Source of the DNA: an uncultured Azospirillum sp.
Lineage (GTDB): Bacteria > Pseudomonadota > Alphaproteobacteria > RF32 > CAG-239
DNA: 64,000 bases
Direction: 5' to 3'
NCBI GenBank assembly: GCA_900539605.1
Contig: UQCS01000003.1
Location: 7,172-71,171, forward strand
Below are positions 24,951 through 35,594 of this stretch, in pieces (the first letter of the stretch is position 1; each line of letters opens with the position of its first letter). The position numbers and the translations under genes are program-made. Below the pieces are notes generated by a model. The model was not told the origin of the DNA. It made no database searches and was given only the letters and a program-made list of their open reading frames with translations.

Positions 24951-27593
24951 ATGCTGCAGAATATTAAACTTCCCCGTCCCGACCGGCTTTTGCAAAAAAG
25001 GCTGATCCGGCTGGCATATTCGTTGGTGGCGTTGACAATATCGCTGATCTTGTTCATCGTTTTTCCGCAGCATTTCATTTTATTGCTCAGCCTGACGGCC
25101 ATGATTGCCGTATTTGCTCTTGTTCTCTCGCTTCTGACCTTAAAGGCCGGCGAAAAAGCAATAAGTTACGGTGGATTTGCCAACGAAATCATCCACCACA
25201 GCCGTCAGGCCAAACGCATTGACAATTCTCTCGGGCAGGTCGTGATCGAAAACGACCGTGCCCGGGAATTGTTTAATCAGGGCAGCATCTTGAGTTTTTT
25301 GCAAAATAACCTTTCCGACAACCGCAGCAATGTGCTAGCCTTGCATCGACTTAAAAACGCTTTTCAAAATCTGTCTGCCGAAAAAGTCACTCTGGCGCTG
25401 AAACTGGGCGACAGCATGGAAAACGAAACCTGGTTTGAAGTTAGCCTTAAGCCGATCTCACTTAAAAAAGCCGACTTGTTTGAACATTCGCTTGCTTTGA
25501 AAAAAATCCGCAAAGACACCTATTTGTACTGGAGTCTGCGTGATATTACCAACGAACATAACATGGAACAGATTTTTCGTAGCGAATGGCACGGCCTGCA
25601 CGATTTTATCGATTATGTGCCGATCGGGCTGTATATTTGTACCAAAGAACATCTTATCGAATATTGCAACCATGCTTTTGCATCCATGCTCAATTATGAC
25701 CGCGAGCAGCTGATCGGCACCGACTTAAAAAATCTTCTCAGTCCCAACTCTGCTGTACCGCCGTGTCGGGAGTGGGATAAAAGTGTACATCTTATCAATA
25801 AATACGGCGAAGACTGCGAAACATTCATCAGACAAACCAGTTTTCGCGAAAACAATCAGATCAAAATTCGCGGTGCCGCCGTCACCGGGCTTCCCAATGA
25901 TGCTTTATTACGGCAACAACTGGGAATAGCCGTCGACAAAATCAGTTGGCTGTTTGATTTTGCACCGGTCGGCATCATTTTTATTACCCCCGAAGGAACG
26001 ATCCGCGAATGCAACCGCCAGGCAGAAATATTTTTACAAACCGCTCCCGGAGGCCTGATTGATGCTGATTTGATGAGTTTTATCCGCAAATCGGATTGCC
26101 ACGGCCTCAAGATAGAACTGGAAAACATTAACAGCGGCGCCAAACAATCCGCTTCAATGGAAATCAGCCTGATGCACGGTCCCAAAGTCGCCCTTTCCTA
26201 CATCACGCCGATGAAACCGCTTCACAGCAGCACGCCGCCGTCCGGTTTTGTTATTTTTTTAGTCGATGCTACCGAGCAGAAAAACCTCGAAGTTAAATTT
26301 GCCCAGGCGCAAAAAATGCAGGCAATGGGACAACTGGCCGGCGGCGTCGCCCACGACTTCAACAATCTACTGACGGCCATTATCGGCTTCTGTGATCTTT
26401 TGTTGCAACGCCACGGCATCGGCGATCCTTCTTTTGCCGATCTCATACAGATCAAAAACAATGCCAACCGTGCTGCCGGTTTAGTGCGCCAACTGTTGGC
26501 TTTTTCGCGCAAACAGCCGCTGCAGCCGAAATTGATTGACGTTACTGAAAACTTTATGGAGCTCAACCAGATGCTCAAAAGGGTTCTCGGCGAAAAAATT
26601 ACCCTCAAATTCCATCACGGGAGCGATCTCGGTTTTATTAAAGTGGATCCGGTCCAGTTTTCGCAGGTCATTATCAATCTGGCCGTCAATGCCAAAGATG
26701 CCATGAACGGTAACGGCATTTTGGCAATATCCACCCGTACCGAACATGTTGTACGGCCGCAGCCGTTCGGCGAAGATACGATAAAACCCGGCGAATTTGT
26801 AGTTATCGAAGTTGCGGATACCGGTTGCGGTATTGCCGAAGAAAATCTGAATCGCATTTTCGAACCGTTTTTCTCTACCAAACAAAACGTTGTCGGTTCC
26901 GGCACCGGTCTGGGACTGGCGATGGTTTACGGAATTGTTCGCCAGACCGAAGGTTTTATCAAAGTTGACAGCAAACTCGGCCAAGGAACGACTTTCTCTA
27001 TCCACCTGCCCCGTTTTGAACAAAACATCGAAGAGGAAAAAAATAATATCCTCGTTCCGCTTCGTCCCGAAGTGACCGCAGACGACGGTTCTCCGGTTCT
27101 GACCGTCAAGGAACAAAACACGGCTTCGCTGCCGATCAATCAAAAATTCATTTTTGGGTTAAACGTCTCGGCGATTGACAAAGGGCCGGACCCCCATACC
27201 GCCGGGTCCAACATTCGCATTTTGTTTGTCGAAGACGAAGATTCGGTTCGCAGCTTTGCCGTTCGTGCCCTCAAGAAAAAAGGATATCTGGTCACCGGTT
27301 GCAACTCGGCCGAAAATGCGCTTGACCAGTTAAAGGACGAACGTAACTTTCAATTGCTGGTCACCGATATGGTGATGCCGGGGATGAATGGAATTGAGCT
27401 GGCACGCCGTGTTCGCGAACTGATTCCCGACATTAAAATCATTCTTGCCTCCGGCTACTCGGAAGAAATCGCCCGCAACGAACTCTCCGGCAACGACTGT
27501 TTCGAATTTATGGCTAAGCCGTTTAGTCTCGGTGATCTGACCAAAAAAATATTTGACGTGTTGAATAAGGAACATACAAGCCATGAGCAATAA
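24951..27593 (+). CDS. cckA: Hybrid sensor histidine kinase/response regulator, CckA-like
   Basis: It has N-terminal TM segments and PAS-like regions. Further motifs are the H-box [24 protein letters not shown], the ATPase boxes ([23 protein letters not shown]) and a C-terminal receiver ([10 protein letters not shown]...[13 protein letters not shown]). An alternative TTG start lies at 24942. Confidence 0.7.
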   Translation: MLQNIKLPRPDRLLQKRLIRLAYSLVALTISLILFIVFPQHFILLLSLTAMIAVFALVLSLLTLKAGEKAISYGGFANEIIHHSRQAKRIDNSLGQVVIENDRARELFNQGSILSFLQNNLSDNRSNVLALHRLKNAFQNLSAEKVTLALKLGDSMENETWFEVSLKPISLKKADLFEHSLALKKIRKDTYLYWSLRDITNEHNMEQIFRSEWHGLHDFIDYVPIGLYICTKEHLIEYCNHAFASMLNYDREQLIGTDLKNLLSPNSAVPPCREWDKSVHLINKYGEDCETFIRQTSFRENNQIKIRGAAVTGLPNDALLRQQLGIAVDKISWLFDFAPVGIIFITPEGTIRECNRQAEIFLQTAPGGLIDADLMSFIRKSDCHGLKIELENINSGAKQSASMEISLMHGPKVALSYITPMKPLHSSTPPSGFVIFLVDATEQKNLEVKFAQAQKMQAMGQLAGGVAHDFNNLLTAIIGFCDLLLQRHGIGDPSFADLIQIKNNANRAAGLVRQLLAFSRKQPLQPKLIDVTENFMELNQMLKRVLGEKITLKFHHGSDLGFIKVDPVQFSQVIINLAVNAKDAMNGNGILAISTRTEHVVRPQPFGEDTIKPGEFVVIEVADTGCGIAEENLNRIFEPFFSTKQNVVGSGTGLGLAMVYGIVRQTEGFIKVDSKLGQGTTFSIHLPRFEQNIEEEKNNILVPLRPEVTADDGSPVLTVKEQNTASLPINQKFIFGLNVSAIDKGPDPHTAGSNIRILFVEDEDSVRSFAVRALKKKGYLVTGCNSAENALDQLKDERNFQLLVTDMVMPGMNGIELARRVRELIPDIKIILASGYSEEIARNELSGNDCFEFMAKPFSLGDLTKKIFDVLNKEHTSHEQ

Positions 27594-28302
27594 AAATCAA
27601 CTGTCACTCGAATTTACTCATCAACCCTACATGGGAAAAGACGATTTTATCATAGCTCCCTGCAACGCGGAAGCTTTTCATGCCGTCAACAGCTGGCCCG
27701 ACTGGCCGTTTTTTGCTCTGTGCATTTATGGTCCGCAAAACTGCGGCAAAACCCATCTCAGCCGCATTTTTTCCGACCGCGTTTCGGTATTGACCCGTTA
27801 TCCTTACCCAATTCCCTGTATCGAAGCGGAAAAAATTACGCTGGAAATGCCGCTACTGCTGTTTGAAAAACATCCTTGCCTGGTGGTGGAAAACCTAACG
27901 CCGCATCTCAACCAAGAAGCCATGTTTCATCTCTACAACCTCTATCGCAACCAAGGGGGGAACATTTTGTTCACCGCACGTCAGGCGCCGGCCCGGCTTC
28001 CGGTAACCCTGCCTGATCTTCGTTCACGTCTCAGCATCGTCCCGGCAATCGAAATTTCGGAACCGGATGACGAACTGCTTTCGGCCTTAATTATCAAATT
28101 GTTTATGGACCGACAAATTACCGTTTCGCTTGACATTGTCAACTATATACTGGTAAACATGGAACGCTCGTTTGCTTATGCCCACAAACTGGTGGCCGAA
28201 ATCGACAATATTTCGCTGGCCTATAAGCGGGCCGTTTCAGTCGCAATCGTCAAAGAAGCGATTGCCCAACTTAACCATAATCCGCAGGGTGAACTTTTTT
28301 AA
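27583..28302 (+). CDS. hdaA: DnaA-related regulatory inactivator HdaA
   Basis: 239 aa beginning QLSLEF, with Walker A YGPQNCGKTHL, a DnaA domain III-like core and SRL...I..PDDELL. It overlaps the cckA stop by 11 nt. Confidence 0.7.
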   Translation: MSNKNQLSLEFTHQPYMGKDDFIIAPCNAEAFHAVNSWPDWPFFALCIYGPQNCGKTHLSRIFSDRVSVLTRYPYPIPCIEAEKITLEMPLLLFEKHPCLVVENLTPHLNQEAMFHLYNLYRNQGGNILFTARQAPARLPVTLPDLRSRLSIVPAIEISEPDDELLSALIIKLFMDRQITVSLDIVNYILVNMERSFAYAHKLVAEIDNISLAYKRAVSVAIVKEAIAQLNHNPQGELF

Positions 28303-28338
28303 CTGCTAACTAACTGCTCTGACAAGGAAAACTAACTG

Positions 28339-29940
28339 ATGTCTTTTTTTAAAACCCTGCACGGCTTCCCCGCTTTGTCTTCCGTCCGTTTTAATTTTCT
28401 CTACAGCCTGTTCACGATAGCTGCATATAACATTCCTTTCATTTTGGCGGCAAAACAAATCAGCGGTTCATGGACCGACGCGGCGTTGATTGTTGTTTGC
28501 GTTTTGTGCGGACTCAACATCATTTTGGCGCTTTTGTTTACCAGGCATCTGGTCAAACCGTTGGCAATTGCTTTCTGCATCATCAACACAGCCGCTCTTT
28601 ACTTTATGACGGCTTACGGAGTGGTGATTGACAAGATTATGTTAATGAACGTCATTCAGACAGATGTTTATGAAGTGGCCGACCTGCTTAATATCAAAAT
28701 GTTCTTCTATTTGACCGCACTGGGACTTATTCCCTCTTATCTGATTTATAAAACCCGCATTACTTTTCTGCCGTTCAAAAAAGAAGCTATGACAAAAACG
28801 CCGCAAATTTTGCTTTCGGCCTTGATAATCGTCGCCGTAATCGCTGCGGCCATGCCGCGTGACCACGAGGTTTTTAACCGCAACAAACATATTAAAAACG
28901 CTCTCATACCGGTCAATTATATCGGCGCGGCCATTTCGGTTGCCAAAATCAAATGGAAATACCGCAAAGACCATCTGCTGGAAATTTCCGCCGATGCTCA
29001 TATGCTGCCGCAAAGCCATAACGGCAAACCAAATCTGATTGTCGTGGTGATCGGCGAATCTGCCCGTGATGCCAGCTTTTCGCTTTCCGGATATCAGCGT
29101 CCAACCAACCGGCCGCTTGAAAAATTTGCCGACGAACTGATTTATTTTGACAATTTTTATTCATGCGGTACCGCAACCACGATATCGCTGCCCTGCATTT
29201 TTTCGCCCTATCCGCGTAAAAAGTTCGAACCGGAAAGCGAACGCCGGATTGAAAACGTGCTGGATATTTTGGATCATGCCGGTTATAAACTGCTGTGGCG
29301 CGAAAACAACACCGATTGCAAAAACAACTGTAACCGGATTGAACAGGAACGATTTTGTCACGTCAAAGAATGCCCGGATGAAATTATGCTGACCGACTTT
29401 GCCGCAAAGGTCCAAAGCAGTGACAAGCCTGCCGTGGTGGTTCTGCACCAACGTGGCAGCCACGGACCGCTTTACAGCTTGCGCTACCCGCCGGAATTTG
29501 AGATTTACCGCCCGGTATGCCGCAAGGAATTTTTGCATGACTGCCAAACCGAAGAACTGGTAAACGCTTATGACAACACCATTTATTACACTTCTCATAT
29601 GCTGGCGCAAACGCTTGAACTGTTAAAGCAATTGTCTGATCGCTACAACACGGCTTTGTTTTTCACCTCAGACCACGGAGAATCTTTGGGTGAAAACGGG
29701 GTTTATCTTCACTCGGCGCCTTATGACACCGCACCCGACGAGCAAAAACACGTTCCCGGAATGTTCTGGTTTTCGGCCGATTATGCCGCGGACAACAATT
29801 TGGATGTCGAATGTGTACGCCGACTGCGCAACAATTACTTCTCCCACGACAACGTCTTTCATACGCTGCTCGGAATGAGTCGTGTTTCCAGTTCCTATTA
29901 CAATCCGGAATTAGACATTCTGGCCCGTTGCCGACGTTAA
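28339..29940 (+). CDS. Phosphoethanolamine transferase (EptA/LptA-like, sulfatase-fold)
   Basis: 533 aa with five N-terminal TM segments. The periplasmic domain has VVVIGESARD, CGTATTISLPC and FTSDHGESLGENG. Confidence 0.85.
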   Translation: MSFFKTLHGFPALSSVRFNFLYSLFTIAAYNIPFILAAKQISGSWTDAALIVVCVLCGLNIILALLFTRHLVKPLAIAFCIINTAALYFMTAYGVVIDKIMLMNVIQTDVYEVADLLNIKMFFYLTALGLIPSYLIYKTRITFLPFKKEAMTKTPQILLSALIIVAVIAAAMPRDHEVFNRNKHIKNALIPVNYIGAAISVAKIKWKYRKDHLLEISADAHMLPQSHNGKPNLIVVVIGESARDASFSLSGYQRPTNRPLEKFADELIYFDNFYSCGTATTISLPCIFSPYPRKKFEPESERRIENVLDILDHAGYKLLWRENNTDCKNNCNRIEQERFCHVKECPDEIMLTDFAAKVQSSDKPAVVVLHQRGSHGPLYSLRYPPEFEIYRPVCRKEFLHDCQTEELVNAYDNTIYYTSHMLAQTLELLKQLSDRYNTALFFTSDHGESLGENGVYLHSAPYDTAPDEQKHVPGMFWFSADYAADNNLDVECVRRLRNNYFSHDNVFHTLLGMSRVSSSYYNPELDILARCRR

Positions 29941-31293
29941 GCTTTGCCAACCTTTCGCAGCCCGGCTCCACAGTTTCGGCGTTTGTTCCGGCCGGGCCGG
30001 ATTGTCATACTGCTGCAGAAGCTCTGTCAAAAGATACGGTCCGTTCTGGCTTGGCAGCACATAAACCCCGCCGACGGTCGGCATGCGACAGCCGGTAGTA
30101 GAAGGCAATGAAAACGGTTGGTTGACGATTTTACAATAAGCCATATCGGCAAAAATGCGCGCTTCCATATATTCCCCCGAAAAACCGAATGCCCCGGCAA
30201 AATCCACCACTGGGTTATCTGGCAGCCGTGCAAAAACATCGGCAAAGATCATCCGATGTTCAGGCAAAACGTCACCCTGACGATGCAACAGGTTCTCGAA
30301 ATCCTGCCTGACCAGAGGATTTTTCCAACCACCGCCAAACAAAAGATACAAAGACGGCAGCATAAGCTGCGGATGAACATAGTGCAGATTATAAACATAG
30401 CTGTAGGCGCTCAAATATTCGACGGTCCGCAAATTGTCGGCAAAAGAATAATTCTCATCATACACAAGCTTATACCAGTGCGGATCCGAAGACTTGGGGG
30501 GTAATTTATGATAAAAATTTTCTCCTTCGCCGGTAACCGCCGCCTGATTGAACAGGCGCGACAGCAAATCGGGACGGACGGTTCCTTCGGCACCGAATTG
30601 CCCGTCTTTGTCAAACGGCAATCGTTTATATTCACGCATCAAAAGATCGGTTAAATGGTTAAACGGTCCGATATCCCAACCGGCAACTTGCGGATGTTCC
30701 GAATCCTGCGTGCGGGTAATCAGCGCAATGTTACCGGTATTGCCGCCGTTGCAAAAGGCAACTGCACCATGTCCCCGGTCGGCCATCATCTGTGCAATAT
30801 GAAAATTGTGCAGCGGTGCCAGCGGGGCACCTTCGCCGCCGTTCATGATATCGTCGGAACGAAAGTCATAGATCACCGGAATACCAGTCAGATCGGCCAG
30901 CAACCGGGCATCGCCGACTTGCAGCGTGTAAGGTTGACCGTTGCCGGCAATCGAAGGCGGGAAATGGTCACAGGTTTGCCCATGAAAACCGAGAGCAGCA
31001 ATTTGATTGCGTTCCAGTCCGCTGATCTCCATCAAGAGATTAACAGCTTCCGCCACCAACCGGGTATAACTCTCCACCGTCTGAACAAACAACGGGTCAT
31101 TCAGCGCCTCTTCGGTCGCTGCATACTGTTTTATATGCTCGCGCAACCCGATAAACTGCTGTTTCAAACGCTCGGGATAAGCAAACGAAAAAGCCTTCAA
31201 ATCTTCAATTGCATTATCTTCAAAAGCCGTCAGAACAACGTCGACGGCATCCAGAGAGTTGCCGGTCATAATCCCGATCGTGTTTATTTTCAT
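29911..31293 (-). CDS. anmK: Anhydro-N-acetylmuramic acid kinase (long form)
   Basis: 460 aa starting IGIMTGNSLDAVDVVL, with GFHGQT, FRSDDIMNGGEGAPLAP and NGGNTGNI. The 3' end overlaps the convergent transferase gene by 30 nt. Confidence 0.85.
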   Translation of the reverse strand: MKINTIGIMTGNSLDAVDVVLTAFEDNAIEDLKAFSFAYPERLKQQFIGLREHIKQYAATEEALNDPLFVQTVESYTRLVAEAVNLLMEISGLERNQIAALGFHGQTCDHFPPSIAGNGQPYTLQVGDARLLADLTGIPVIYDFRSDDIMNGGEGAPLAPLHNFHIAQMMADRGHGAVAFCNGGNTGNIALITRTQDSEHPQVAGWDIGPFNHLTDLLMREYKRLPFDKDGQFGAEGTVRPDLLSRLFNQAAVTGEGENFYHKLPPKSSDPHWYKLVYDENYSFADNLRTVEYLSAYSYVYNLHYVHPQLMLPSLYLLFGGGWKNPLVRQDFENLLHRQGDVLPEHRMIFADVFARLPDNPVVDFAGAFGFSGEYMEARIFADMAYCKIVNQPFSLPSTTGCRMPTVGGVYVLPSQNGPYLLTELLQQYDNPARPEQTPKLWSRAAKGWQSLTSATGQNV

Positions 31294-31354
31294 TCAAGTC
31301 GCTCCTGTTGTAAATCCATAAAGATACTATAACCGGCATTGCTTTAATATTTGA

Positions 31355-31858
31355 TTAAGCGCTACAGGCATCGGTACGAACTTCGGCGGGGGCCGCACCG
31401 TTTTGGTTGGACGCACTGTTATCCCGGATATGTTCCCTCAGCTGATTTTTGAAGTCTTCGGCATTACCGTAACTGCGGCTTATATAAGCCGTCATCGTTA
31501 CATAAATCAAATCGTCGATTGTGGGATGATTATGAATCAGCAAATTGAGCTTGCGGATCATTTTTTCTTTATACTTATAGTTGTCCTCACCAAAATTTGC
31601 CAGCCCGATCAAACGCTGATGAATATCGCGAACAGTACGGGCATTGTATTCGATACGGATCCTGGCCAACTTGTCCTGATAGGCCGCTACCGATGCAAAA
31701 TCGGAGACCTTTACCAGTTGTTTTTCCAGGTCGCTCTGCGGACAGATTTTGGCAGCCGTCTGTTCCAAAACGGCAAACAACAACCCTCTGCTGCCGGCAT
31801 TTTGCAGGTCAAGAAGAAATGTCTCGCCAAAAGTCTTTTTTACGATTTCCCCTGCCAT
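31355..31858 (-). CDS. Hypothetical protein (167 aa)
   Basis: ORF only. No motif, TM segment or signal peptide recognised. It has AT-rich flanks. Confidence 0.45.
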   Translation of the reverse strand: MAGEIVKKTFGETFLLDLQNAGSRGLLFAVLEQTAAKICPQSDLEKQLVKVSDFASVAAYQDKLARIRIEYNARTVRDIHQRLIGLANFGEDNYKYKEKMIRKLNLLIHNHPTIDDLIYVTMTAYISRSYGNAEDFKNQLREHIRDNSASNQNGAAPAEVRTDACSA

Positions 31859-32035
31859 GGCCCTTCTCCTCGCTTCATAATTATATTTCGGTTTATAGAA
31901 TAAAGTTTAGCATAAAATCACTGTATTCACAATAAAAAACTCGGATCCAGAACAATAAAATAATCTTATAAACTTAATTATTGATTTGATTATTTTCAAC
32001 GGTCATTTTATAATTGCGACTTTGAGGAGAAAAAT

Positions 32036-32722
32036 ATGAGCGAACTTTGTCTGTCATCCGAATTATATCCGATTGCACCTACCGACCTTGCCGTCTTGGA
32101 AGACGGACCGGCCGAATATCGCGGACGCTTCAAAAACGAAATCGTCGTTTTGATCGGTGACAGCCATACCGGACAAATCGACACTTTGGTTTGCGGACGC
32201 GAAAAAGTTGTATCCGCCTTAAAAAACGGTACCGTCTCTGTTCCGGTTCGGATAGCCTTTATCAGTAAAATCCGCCGATTTGACTTCATCACCGTTTTCG
32301 TCAAACCGCTTCGTTCCCGCTATAAAATATTTTCTTCCAACATTTACCATATTGACCCGGCCGAAATTCGCCGGATGAAAATCGAACGCAACATTCGTAC
32401 CCGCGAAAACGCTTATGTCTTCAGCAACCCCTTGTTTTACTACGACGAACAAGAACGCAAACGCCAGTATAACGAATTATACGAGTCGATGAAAAAAGGA
32501 TATAACGACGAATTTCCGATCGATATCATGCTGCTGCGGATGATGGGCATCAAAGACACCGTCAATCAGGGACACCACCGGATGGGAATTGCCCTTGAAT
32601 GTCGGTTACCACAGGTTGCGGTTCGATTTAGCGCTGCCGGCAGTGCGCCTAAAATTCTCCAACCGCTGTTAAAAGTGATTGCCGATATTAACATCACTCT
32701 CAAATTATGGAACAAAAAATGA
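32036..32722 (+). CDS. Hypothetical protein with a possible ParB/sulfiredoxin-fold motif
   Basis: 228 aa with a GAGGAG RBS upstream. The C-terminal PIDIMLLRMMGIKDTVNQGHHRMGIALECRLPQVAVRF resembles the ParB-like nuclease/Srx (D/N)GHHR core. This assignment is tentative. Confidence 0.5.
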   Translation: MSELCLSSELYPIAPTDLAVLEDGPAEYRGRFKNEIVVLIGDSHTGQIDTLVCGREKVVSALKNGTVSVPVRIAFISKIRRFDFITVFVKPLRSRYKIFSSNIYHIDPAEIRRMKIERNIRTRENAYVFSNPLFYYDEQERKRQYNELYESMKKGYNDEFPIDIMLLRMMGIKDTVNQGHHRMGIALECRLPQVAVRFSAAGSAPKILQPLLKVIADINITLKLWNKK

Positions 32723-33768
32723 CCCGCATTCTTCATATTGCCAACTTCAACTCCCTGCGCCTGAAAGGCTGCTTTCAGTGCGGTTTTCCGGTAAAGATTT
32801 CTTACGGGCTGATCAAAAACGGCTTCGAAGTCATTAATTACTCCGACCGCGATTTGTGCCGGATGTTCGGTTTCGGACATATGAATGCACTCGGACGTTA
32901 CCGGTTGGGTAAACACTTATGTGAATTTTGCCGCACCGTCCGTCCCGATGCCTTGTTGCTGGGACATGCCAACACTATCGGTAACGAAACGATTATGCAA
33001 ATTAAGAAAATGCTCCCCGGAATCCGGGTAATGCAATGGAATTGTGATGCAATCACGCCCGAGAGCCAACGTAATCTCGGCGCCGTCCGCGAGCGGCTGC
33101 AAGTCGTTGACGCCACAATGATTTCTACCGGCGATCGTCAAATGCTTCAACAATTCAAACAGGAAGGTAAACCGATTGCCTACCTTCCCAACATGGTCGA
33201 TGCTTCGATCGAAACCGGAACCGCTTTTAATGATGCCGCTCTTCCCTACGATGTTTTGCTTTGTGCCAACACCGGACGCCGTCAGTTTTGTGGCAAAGAC
33301 AAAGAAGTCGAACAGATTATCGACGAGTCTGCCGCACGGATTCCGGACATTAAATGGCTGCTCGGCGGTTTGAAAGATCAGCCGGCCCTGCACGGTGCGG
33401 CCTATCTCAACGCATTCAAACAAGCCGGGATCGGCTTTAATCTCAGCCGCTATAACGACGTTTATCTCTACAGTTCCGACCGTCTGGCTCATATCATCGG
33501 CAACGGACAGCTGGCAATGATTGACCGTGCCTGCGGTTTTGCCGACGTTCTCCCCGAAACCGGTGTTGCTTTTTACGGCAGCGAAACCGAGTTTTACGAC
33601 AAGCTCGCCTACTACGTCAAAAATCCCGCGGCCCGTATGAAAGCTGCCCAGGAAGGATACGAAGCCTATTACAAAGAGTTTAACAATCAGACCGTCACCG
33701 CTTATATGGCTGCTCTTCTGTTTGACAACTTTCCAGAGCCCGAACGTCCCTGGCAGATTGTCATCTGA
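32719..33768 (+). CDS. CgeB-like glycosyltransferase (Glyco_trans_1_2 type C-terminus)
   Basis: It starts MTRILHIANF. The C-terminal AFYGSETEFYDKLAYYVKNPAARMKAAQEGYEAYYKEFN matches the CgeB/DUF3880 family pattern. The ATG at 32719 forms an ATGA overlap with the upstream stop. An alternative ATG lies at 32707. Confidence 0.6.
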   Translation: MTRILHIANFNSLRLKGCFQCGFPVKISYGLIKNGFEVINYSDRDLCRMFGFGHMNALGRYRLGKHLCEFCRTVRPDALLLGHANTIGNETIMQIKKMLPGIRVMQWNCDAITPESQRNLGAVRERLQVVDATMISTGDRQMLQQFKQEGKPIAYLPNMVDASIETGTAFNDAALPYDVLLCANTGRRQFCGKDKEVEQIIDESAARIPDIKWLLGGLKDQPALHGAAYLNAFKQAGIGFNLSRYNDVYLYSSDRLAHIIGNGQLAMIDRACGFADVLPETGVAFYGSETEFYDKLAYYVKNPAARMKAAQEGYEAYYKEFNNQTVTAYMAALLFDNFPEPERPWQIVI

Positions 33769-34843
33769 TCAACCGCTGCAAAACCGGGTCTTCGTCAATC
33801 AGGCGAACCGCCCGTCCCAGTGATTGCGGCTCCGAAAGAACAGTATAATAATTTTCCTTGATTGTCGGTGCCACTTCAATTGCTTTGATAAACTCGGTCT
33901 TGTCAAACGGACTTTCCGCCACAAAGTCAAAAAATCCGGTGGCCGATAAAATATCGCGCACCCCGTCGGTTTCGGGATTATTTTGCAGCATCGCGCAAAG
34001 ATAAGCCGCGGTTCCAACCTGCAGTCCGTGCATTTTTGGTTTGGCTGCCAGTTCGTCCAACGCATGAGAAATCAAATGTTCCGATCCGCTTGCCGGGCGC
34101 GAAGTCCCGGCAATCTCCATCGAAATACCGCTGTAAAGCAATGATGTGGCCAGACTGCGTTGAAAACGGGATGATTCGATATCGCTGCTGTGACGCAAAA
34201 ACAACAGGTCCAGCGAATTATAAGCCATCATTGACGCAAAATCATTATATCTTTCCAGCCCATGCGTAAAAGCGCTCTTCCAATCCCAAAGGGCGCTCAC
34301 CTTTGCAATCATGTCTCCCACCCCGGAATACAAAAACACTTTCGGACAGTCGGCAATGACATCCAGATCAATTACAACGCCGTACGGAATGGCCGATTTT
34401 ACCGTTTTTCGCGCGCCGTTTACCGTCAGTGACGATGTGGGAGAACAAAAACCGTCGTTGGACATTGAAGTCGGCACACTGATGTAAGGCAACCGCAACA
34501 GGTTGGAAACATATTTGGCAAAATCCAACACCTTGCCGCCACCGACCCCGACAATTGCTTTGGTTTTCGTCGGCAGCGAGAACGCCGTTGCCGTAATATC
34601 TTCAATGGCAATCGTGGTCACAATGTCTTCCGATAAAATTTCGATCCGGTGCTCTTTCAGTCCGCCTTTAAGTTTATCTCCGAGCATTTCGTCCATTCCT
34701 TCACCCCAAAACAGGGCAATGCCGATCATATCCTTGTCAAACAGATATTTTCCGATTTTGGCGATTTTGTGAGAACCGATTTTTAACAGATACGGAATAT
34801 TAATCTGACGGTTAGCGGTTAGATAAGGCGGATGTTTTTTCAT
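33761..34843 (-). CDS. sn-Glycerol-1-phosphate dehydrogenase family (AraM/EgsA-like, Fe-ADH superfamily) oxidoreductase
   Basis: It contains VGVGGGKVLDFAKYV, PYISVPTSMSNDGFCSP, GVGDMIAK and RPASGSEHLISHALD. The ATG at 34843 with a GGAAGGA RBS is preferred over the TTG at 34885. Confidence 0.7.
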   Translation of the reverse strand: MKKHPPYLTANRQINIPYLLKIGSHKIAKIGKYLFDKDMIGIALFWGEGMDEMLGDKLKGGLKEHRIEILSEDIVTTIAIEDITATAFSLPTKTKAIVGVGGGKVLDFAKYVSNLLRLPYISVPTSMSNDGFCSPTSSLTVNGARKTVKSAIPYGVVIDLDVIADCPKVFLYSGVGDMIAKVSALWDWKSAFTHGLERYNDFASMMAYNSLDLLFLRHSSDIESSRFQRSLATSLLYSGISMEIAGTSRPASGSEHLISHALDELAAKPKMHGLQVGTAAYLCAMLQNNPETDGVRDILSATGFFDFVAESPFDKTEFIKAIEVAPTIKENYYTVLSEPQSLGRAVRLIDEDPVLQRLIR

Positions 34844-35504
34844 TGTTTTTTCCTTCCAAAAAACGGTAAACCTGCTCAAAATCAATCAGCTTAACCGCAG
34901 GAATCCCTAAACTGACACATTGCCGTAACAGCATTTTCCGCGCAAAAACCCAGTCAGCAATTCGCGCCGCCGCCAGATCGGGCATACCGTCACCGCAATA
35001 GACAACCCGATATCCCAAGTCGTGCAGATAAGCAACAATGGCCGCTTTGTTTACGCCGGTACCGGGGTCGTAAAAACGGCTGCCTGCCGGAGGCGGTGTC
35101 ATTTCAAGCCCGTGACGGCTGCTGTATGTTCCGTGGTTGGCCACCAGTCGAATTCCGTATTCGGCTATTTCCGGCCCAATCAGCAAATTGATATAATAAT
35201 CACAGCCCGCCGAACAAACATACACCGGTATTTGTTGTTCTTGGCACCACGCGGCAGTTTTCAAAAAATCGCGGTCGATCCGGATTTTGCGGATAAAATC
35301 ATCCAAATCGGCTTTTTTCACTCTGAGAGAGGCAAAAATTTCCTTCAATGCCCCAAAGTGCGTTTTTTTGCCCTCCATGTAGGCCTGCCAAGGCGCCAAC
35401 GACTTTTCACCCAGGTATTGTCGGCTGATATAATAAAAGAAGTCGTCATCACTGATGGTTCCGTCAAAATCCGAAACCAACGCTGTCTTGCGTTGTACCG
35501 CCAT
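34812..35504 (-). CDS. HAD-IB superfamily, MtnX-like phosphatase/phosphotransferase
   Basis: 230 aa with LVSDFDGTISDDDFF (DxDGT motif I), VCSAGCDYYI and VVYCGDGMPDLAAARIADWVFARKML, which resembles the C-terminal GDS.TDL.AAK.AD.VFAR pattern of MtnX. Confidence 0.7.
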   Translation of the reverse strand: MAVQRKTALVSDFDGTISDDDFFYYISRQYLGEKSLAPWQAYMEGKKTHFGALKEIFASLRVKKADLDDFIRKIRIDRDFLKTAAWCQEQQIPVYVCSAGCDYYINLLIGPEIAEYGIRLVANHGTYSSRHGLEMTPPPAGSRFYDPGTGVNKAAIVAYLHDLGYRVVYCGDGMPDLAAARIADWVFARKMLLRQCVSLGIPAVKLIDFEQVYRFLEGKNNEKTSALSNR

Positions 35505-35594
35505 TACCGCCTCATTTCAAAAATGCTTTACTTTTGCAGCATATCCTATATATTTTACCAAATGATGAATTTTTAAGCCCCAAGATTTGAGAAA

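Noticed and set aside
35022-35576. 184-aa plus-strand ORF
   Set aside because: It is antisense to the HAD gene, which has a DxDGT motif.
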